In this document: piece by piece, positions 59,361 through 64,000 of the stretch | Layout of the letters: each line of letters begins with the position of its first letter | Position numbering within the stretch: position 1 is the stretch's first letter | Assembly (NCBI GenBank): GCA_016709965.1 | Contig: JADJLT010000003.1 | Span: forward strand, 48,005-112,004 | DNA: 64,000 bases | Direction of reading: 5' to 3' | Source of the DNA: Betaproteobacteria bacterium | Lineage (GTDB): Bacteria; Pseudomonadota; Gammaproteobacteria; Burkholderiales; Rhodocyclaceae | Made by a program: the position numbers and the translations under genes | Notes under the pieces: generated by a model | Told to the model about the DNA's origin: nothing | What the model saw: the letters and a program-made list of their open reading frames with translations, nothing else | Database searches by the model: none

Positions 59361-59859
59361 TCGCTGGCTCCTTGCGGACAAGTTTCATGCGGCCAAAAGT
59401 TACCCGACCACGATTGTTGAAATAGTTTCCTTCCGCCGTGCTCAAACTCTCATCAAGTTGCAGCTCACAGTAACCCACGTGCGTTCGAAGCTCGGGCTCT
59501 CCTATCTTTGGCTCGTTTTGATAGCTATACATCAGTACATATCCTCGCCCAGGTTCTCGCACTAATGCTGCAGATTTGCTTCTGGAGCACGATTGACCTG
59601 TGTTGAGGTAGATCCTGATTCTTTCCCAAGTCTGATTGATCGTGACCTTGGCGTTCCAGTGGTATGTCACACAGCCATCCTCGCCTATGGTTTCACCTTC
59701 GCATTCCCAAACGCCATTCAAGTCTGGAATGCCTAGTAGTGATTGAACGAATTTCCGTCGCCAAATCCACTTATCAAATGAGGCATGGCCAATCAAGTAA
59801 AAAGTTGCCGCATTTAGCGGAACCAGAACAACGTTTGTTTCACTAGTAGGCAGCCCGAG
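59353..59859 (-). pseudogene. Cap15-like (SMODS-associated 2TM beta-strand-rich) effector, 5'-truncated at the IS21 left end
   Basis: Beta-barrel pattern LNGVWECEG...VTINQTWERIRIYLNTGQSCSRSKSAAL...YVLMYSYQNEP...HVGYCELQL...EGNYFNNRGRVTFGRMKLVRK. The frame stays open upstream of the TTG at 59796 (..NVVLVPLNAATFYLIGHASF) right up to the IS end at 59860. No start codon and no first TM helix are present. Confidence 0.55.
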
Positions 59860-59886
59860 TGTTGACGCTCGTTGAAAACTGACCAG
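59860..59886 (+). repeat. IS21 left terminal inverted repeat
   Basis: TGTTGACGCTCGTTGAAAACTGACCAG. A second internal copy of GAAAATTGACCAG lies at about 59908-59920. Confidence 0.75.
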
Positions 59887-59964
59887 AAAAGCGAGGTTGT
59901 GCGCGCTGAAAATTGACCAGGGTGATTAACTAGTCCGCTCATTTTTTGAGCAGGATTTTAGGAG

Positions 59965-61396
59965 ATGATCACCATGAAGGATCTGGGAAGGATTCGGCGG
60001 TTGTTTTACCGGGATGGCGTGTCGCTATCCGAGATTTCGAGGAAGACGGGGTATAGCCGGAACACCGTCAAGCGTTGGTTACGGACGCCGGAAGGCACGG
60101 AGCCGAAGTACGAACGGGAGAACCCGAACGTCAAGATTGCGCCCTATGCGGCGCGACTCATCAAGGCGCTGGAAACGGATGCTCGGCGCCCGAAACGGGA
60201 TCGGCGTACGGCGCTGAAACTCTTTGGTGAATTGCAGGCGGCCGGATTTACGGGCACCTACTGCCGGGTCACTGAGTTCATCCGGCGCTGGCGTTCCGAT
60301 GGTGGCGCGGCGGTCAGCAAAGCCTTCGTTCCGCTCCACTTTGAATTAGGCGAAGCCTTCCAGTTCGACTGGAGCGAAGAGCATTTGGTGATCGGTGGTG
60401 TCTGGCGCAAGATTCTCGCCTCGCATCTGAAGTTCTGTGCCAGTCGGGCCTTTGTGGTTCAGGCCTACCCGACGCAAGGCCACGAAATGCTGTTTGATGC
60501 CCATACCCGTTCGTTTGCGGCCTTGGGCGGCATTCCTCGGCGCGGCATCTACGACAATATGAAGACGGCCGTGGATAAGGTGCAGAAGGGCAAGTCCCGT
60601 ATCGTCAATGCCCGCTTCTCGGCCATGGCCTCCCACTACCTGTTCGACCCGGATTTCTGCAATGTCGCCAGCGGCTGGGAGAAAGGCGTTGTCGAGAAGA
60701 ATGTCCAGGATAGCCGGCTGCGGCTCTGGCAGGATGCCGGCAAGGAACGCTTCAGCTCTTTCACCGAACTGAACGTCTGGCTGCTCGAACGCTGCCGTAG
60801 CCTGTGGCAGGAATTGCGCCATCCTGAGTACGCGGATCTGACGGTGGCCGAGATGCTGGAACACGAGCAACCGAGCCTGATGCCAATGGTGGCGCCCTTC
60901 GATGGTTATGTTGGAAACCCTGGGCAAAGTCTCCAGCACCTGCCTAGTCACGCTGGATCGTAATCGCTATTCGGTGCCGTGCGAGTTGGTCGGCCAGGTC
61001 GTTAGCCTGCGTCTCTATCCGGAGCGGATTGATATGGTGGCGCACGATCTGCGCATGGCCAGCCATCCGCGTAGTTTCACCCGGCAACAAACGCTCTACG
61101 ACTGGCAGCACTACATTCCGCTGATTGAACGCAAGCCGGGTGCCTTGAGAAATGGCGCGCCATTTGCCGACATGCCGGAAGCTTTGCAGCGCCTGCGCAG
61201 TTTGTTGCTGCGTCGAGAAGGTGGTGATCGGGTCATGGCCAAGGTCCTGTCAGCGATTGCGCAGTTCGGTCTGGAGTCTGTGCTGGTGGCGGTCGATCTG
61301 GTTCTGGAATCAGGCTTGCCCAGTGCCGAGCACGTCGAGAACATGCTCAATCGACTGAAGTCTGGACCCATGCCACCACCGGTGGAGACCCGCTGA
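59965..61396 (+). pseudogene. istA: IS21 transposase IstA, split by a +1 frameshift near 60913
   Basis: The 332-aa ORF (HTH GVSLSEISRKTGYSRNTVKRWL, DDE region) ends shortly after ..MVAPFDGYV. The 164-aa ORF continues as (V)ETLGKVSSTCLVTLDRNRYSVP in the +1 frame. Removing one G from GTTGGAAAC restores a single ORF of about 477 aa. The likely true start is the ATG at 59974. Confidence 0.8.
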
Positions 61397-61462
61397 CGAT
61401 CAGCGAAGCACCGATCGCCGATACGGGTCGCTACGACCAGCTGCGCGTGGAGGTGAGCGACC

Positions 61463-62209
61463 ATGCGTGAGCTGATGAGTGAGTTCAAGGAGCTGCGCCT
61501 GCACGGCATGGCTGGTGCCTGGGAAGAGCTATCGGCCAACGGTGGCGCCGGCATCGACACTTCTCGCTGGTTGATCGAGCATCTGCTGCAGGCCGAACAT
61601 ACTGACCGGGTCATGCGCTCGATTGGCTACCAGATGCATGCGGCCCGCTTCCCTGTACATCGGGATCTAGCGGGATTCGACTTCGATCAATCGAAGGTAG
61701 ATCAGAAACTGATTCGGCAACTGGCCGACCTGTCCTTTACCGAGGAAGCGCAGAACGTGGTGTTCATCGGTGGCACGGGAACCGGCAAGACGCACCTGGC
61801 CACGGCACTGGGTGTTTCGGGGATTGGGCACCATAACAAGCGGGTTCGGTTCTTCTCGACGGTGGATCTGGCCAATGCCCTGGAACAAGAGAAGGCGGCC
61901 GGCAAAGCTGGCCGGATTGCCTTGGGACTGCTGCGCATGGATCTGGTGATTCTCGATGAGCTGGGCTATCTGCCGTTCAGCCAGGCTGGTGGTGCCTTGC
62001 TGTTTCACTTGCTGTCGAAGCTCTACGAGCACACCAGCGTGATGATCACGACCAACCTGACCTTTGCCGCCGTCCTCCACGGCTTCCCCAACGCATTCAT
62101 CGTGGCTCGGAAATCGGTTGTTCTGAGCTACACTTATCCACAAGCCAACCTATGTCAGGTGGCTATCACACCTGGTCAAAATTCAACGAGCACAGGTGGT
62201 CAAAATTAA
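61463..62209 (+). CDS. istB: IS21 helper ATPase IstB, with an atypical C-terminus
   Basis: Walker A GGTGTGKTHLA, Walker B LVILDELGYLP, ITTNL. The last ~45 aa do not match the EW...LDRL.HH...SYR tail I expect for IstB, and the ORF stops inside the right IR. Confidence 0.75.
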   Translation: MRELMSEFKELRLHGMAGAWEELSANGGAGIDTSRWLIEHLLQAEHTDRVMRSIGYQMHAARFPVHRDLAGFDFDQSKVDQKLIRQLADLSFTEEAQNVVFIGGTGTGKTHLATALGVSGIGHHNKRVRFFSTVDLANALEQEKAAGKAGRIALGLLRMDLVILDELGYLPFSQAGGALLFHLLSKLYEHTSVMITTNLTFAAVLHGFPNAFIVARKSVVLSYTYPQANLCQVAITPGQNSTSTGGQN

Positions 62210-62222
62210 ACGCGCGCCGACA
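62196..62222 (-). repeat. IS21 right terminal inverted repeat
   Basis: The complement reads TGTCGGCGCGCGTTTAATTTTGACCAC. A second internal copy (CTGGTCAAAATTC) lies at about 62172-62184. Confidence 0.75.
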
Positions 62223-62492
62223 GTTGATAGCTGACAGTTGGTGGGCGAGGACCAATCGTTGGATCTGGCTGACTACCTGCCTGTACGATCTGATCAGAAG
62301 TCGCTTTAACGATGTGTTACCGACTACATTTTTTGTCCCAATCGGGAGTGGCTTTAGTAGAGGCCTTGTTACGGACAGAGAGGTTTTTTTAGTGCGCTCA
62401 CGACGCTTGATTTCTCGTGTTCAGCTGTTACGGACTTTGTTAGTAAGATCAGACGATGATGGGGATGGCGTATTGAGTCTGTCCGGTAGCGC

Positions 62493-62528
62493 AAAAAAGG
62501 GAGCAGGGTTGCTCCCTTTTTTGTTTTT
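62493..62528 (+). terminator. Orphan rho-independent terminator in the non-coding stretch right of the IS
   Basis: AAAAAA-GGGAGC-AGGGTT-GCTCCC-TTTTTTGTTTTTG. No convincing upstream plus-strand gene remains. Confidence 0.55.
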
Positions 62529-62672
62529 GTCTCGCGCGGAACCGAACGGTTCCCGAAATGATTGGTTACCAAATGTCGCAGAACATAGCTTGAAAGCACG
62601 ACAGGCAATTCATATCTTGGACACCAAGGAGATTCCATGAACGGTAGCTCCAATAAACGTCTGGAGGCTTGA

Positions 62673-63536
62673 ATGAAAAAGATCATCTTTGCTTTTATCG
62701 TGTTTGCCTCTGTCGGCTTTTGTCTGCCGACATTTGCTTCCGAGCCCTCACTTCATGAGGTGTATCAAGCGGCTGGTGCTGGTAAAGTGAATGATGCCCA
62801 ACGAATGATGCGTGAAGTTTTACAGGCGCATCCAAACAGCGGAAAGGCGCATTATGTTGAAGCCGAATTGCTGGCGAAACAAGGGCTGTTGAAACAGGCG
62901 GCAAATGAACTGGAGACAGCGGAAAAACTTGCGCCAGGTTTGCCATTTGCAAATGGGCAATCTGTTTCCCGTCTCAAAGACAGTCTGGTTTCCCACAAAG
63001 TAACCGCTGCTTCAGGGCTACCGGTTCAGCGTGCAGTTTCTCCTGCAGCGTCGGAAACGAATTCGAACCCTCCGTGGGGAATTTTGTTCATCGGATTAGG
63101 GCTTATAGCTTTTATTGTGTGGGCAACCAAATTCATGGGGCGCCGTAATTCCACCAACAATGGTGGTGCAGATCAACCAGCATTTGGTGGTTATCGTCCG
63201 GCTTATCCTTCATCGCCAAATGGTGGCGTTGCACAGGGCTATGGTGCAACGGGTGTTCTACCGGTCGCCGGCCAGGGGATTGGTTCGCAAATGTTGGGTG
63301 GCTTGGCGACAGGTGCTGCTGTTGGGGCTGGAGTCGTCGCCGGCGAGGCATTGATGCATCGTTTCATGGATGGGCACAAAACTGTACCGGCCAGTGACCA
63401 GGCATTCTCCAGTTTTGACAGTATCCCCAATTTGCCGTCGACACCGCTGGACGATATGGGTGGTAACGACTTCGGTATTGCAGATAGTTCTTCCTGGGAT
63501 GATGGTGCTTCCAGTGCCGATAGCGACTGGAACTAA
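62673..63536 (+). CDS. Secreted or membrane protein with an N-terminal TPR-like domain, one TM helix, and a Gly-rich segment with an acidic tail
   Basis: Signal peptide FIVFASVGFCLPTFA. TPR-like HPNSGKAHYVEAELLAKQGLLKQAANELETAEKLAP. TM WGILFIGLGLIAFIVWA. Gly-rich GGLATGAAVGAGVVAG. GGAGG lies 5 nt before the ATG. Confidence 0.6.
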   Translation: MKKIIFAFIVFASVGFCLPTFASEPSLHEVYQAAGAGKVNDAQRMMREVLQAHPNSGKAHYVEAELLAKQGLLKQAANELETAEKLAPGLPFANGQSVSRLKDSLVSHKVTAASGLPVQRAVSPAASETNSNPPWGILFIGLGLIAFIVWATKFMGRRNSTNNGGADQPAFGGYRPAYPSSPNGGVAQGYGATGVLPVAGQGIGSQMLGGLATGAAVGAGVVAGEALMHRFMDGHKTVPASDQAFSSFDSIPNLPSTPLDDMGGNDFGIADSSSWDDGASSADSDWN

Positions 63537-63611
63537 TCGTCGTCAGAGGATTTGATTTCCTCGGTGTCGCTCCATGGCACTGCCTGACATGAGCCTACCG
63601 AACCGAGGGGG

Positions 63612-64000
63612 CTAGTTTCTTGCGTGCGACAGATGAAACTCTTCAACCCCGTCAAAGCGACCAAGTTCAGCGGCCAGGCTGGAAAGAGACATGGCTGCAT
63701 CTTTTTTCAATGCAATCGCGACATAGCGCCATTCTTCTCGATCATTGATCCGGTGTATCTGAAATGAACCGCTTGCAACTTCGTAGCCGCGTTCGCTGGC
63801 GACTCTGGACAACACGTCTTCACGCGGACTAAATCCGGGTCGAAAACATAATGTGATAGCGACTGCTGGTCGTGATGGCAGCCATTGCTCCAGCTTTGCT
63901 GCCCACATCATCAGGGCGGCGGAGAGTATCGTCAGCAATATGGCTGCTGAATAGAAGCCTATGCCGACGAGAATGCCAATCGCTGACGAGGACCAGATAG
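63612..64000 (-). CDS. MgtC/SapB-family membrane protein; the 5' part lies outside the window
   Basis: The frame is open upstream of the tracked start to the window edge (..IWSSSAIGILVGIGFYSAAILLTILSAALMMW, an MgtC-type TM region). ACT-like C-terminal domain ITLCFRPGF...EEFHLSH. Confidence 0.7.
   Translation of the reverse strand, partial: IWSSSAIGILVGIGFYSAAILLTILSAALMMWAAKLEQWLPSRPAVAITLCFRPGFSPREDVLSRVASERGYEVASGSFQIHRINDREEWRYVAIALKKDAAMSLSSLAAELGRFDGVEEFHLSHARN

Larger units (their letters stand above)
59860..62222 (+). mobile_element. IS21-family insertion sequence (istA-istB), probably defective
   Basis: Imperfect 27-bp terminal inverted repeats starting TGT (19/27 match). Subterminal repeated GAAAA(C/T)TGACCAG motifs occur twice at each end. 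istA and istB are in the canonical order. Confidence 0.85.

Noticed and set aside
60902-60914. Programmed ribosomal frameshift in istA
   Set aside because: To my knowledge IS21-family IstA is normally one ORF, and no slippery heptamer is present. A single extra G in GTTGGAAAC explains the break, so a mutation or a sequencing error is more likely.
59861-62227. GTTGA at 59861-59865 and 62223-62227 as a 5-bp target-site duplication
   Set aside because: Using it would move the left IS end inward, so that end would no longer start with TG or align with the right IR. Collapsing at GTTGA still does not restore the effector reading frame. This is probably coincidence.
62152-62640. 162-aa plus-strand ORF crossing the right IS end, and the 105-aa minus ORF at 62369-62686
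   Set aside because: The first starts inside istB and the right IR and reads through a terminator. Both have no motifs and have odd composition. They are treated as non-coding debris.

Overview
High-GC chromosomal window, about 60% GC. Gene content and order suggest a betaproteobacterium, possibly Rhodocyclales-like; this is inference from synteny only. All calls rest on hand translation and remembered family motifs. No searches were run. Most of the window is conserved housekeeping: pgpA-thiL-nusB-ribH-ribBA, ychF-pth-rplY-prs-tRNA-Gln-ispE-lolB, mutM, coaD-rsmD, an M16 peptidase pair, ftsYEX, coaE-zapD-yacG-mutT, mltA and amt. Three things stand out. (1) Positions 1-13074, minus strand, hold an apparent operon. 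In transcription order it encodes GAF-HlyD, a PqqD-like/M50 site-2-protease-HlyD fusion, a C-terminally truncated SecA-like ATPase, a third periplasmic adaptor fused to an NTF2-like domain, and a giant DUF4347/beta-helix/LamG repeat protein that runs off the window. A REC-degenerate GGDEF-EAL gene sits immediately upstream. No ABC, RND or MFS pump and no outer-membrane factor is visible, so this may be a non-canonical SecA-motor/HlyD-scaffold export or processing system. (2) A dispersed 35-40 bp repeat has an invariant CGGTCAAC core followed by phased A-tracts. It occurs at least 12 times, in intergenic regions and in-frame inside six CDSs. Its architecture recalls DNA-uptake signal sequences, but its function is unknown. 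(3) Positions 58.2-62.7 kb form a low-GC islet. It carries a minimal type I CBASS-like pair (CD-NTase plus a Cap15-like beta-barrel effector). The effector has lost its 5' end at the left end of an IS21-family element, and that element itself has a frameshifted istA. A 14-blade Kelch protein also interrupts the conserved zapD-yacG junction. Many long antisense ORFs in the track are GC-driven shadows and are rejected.
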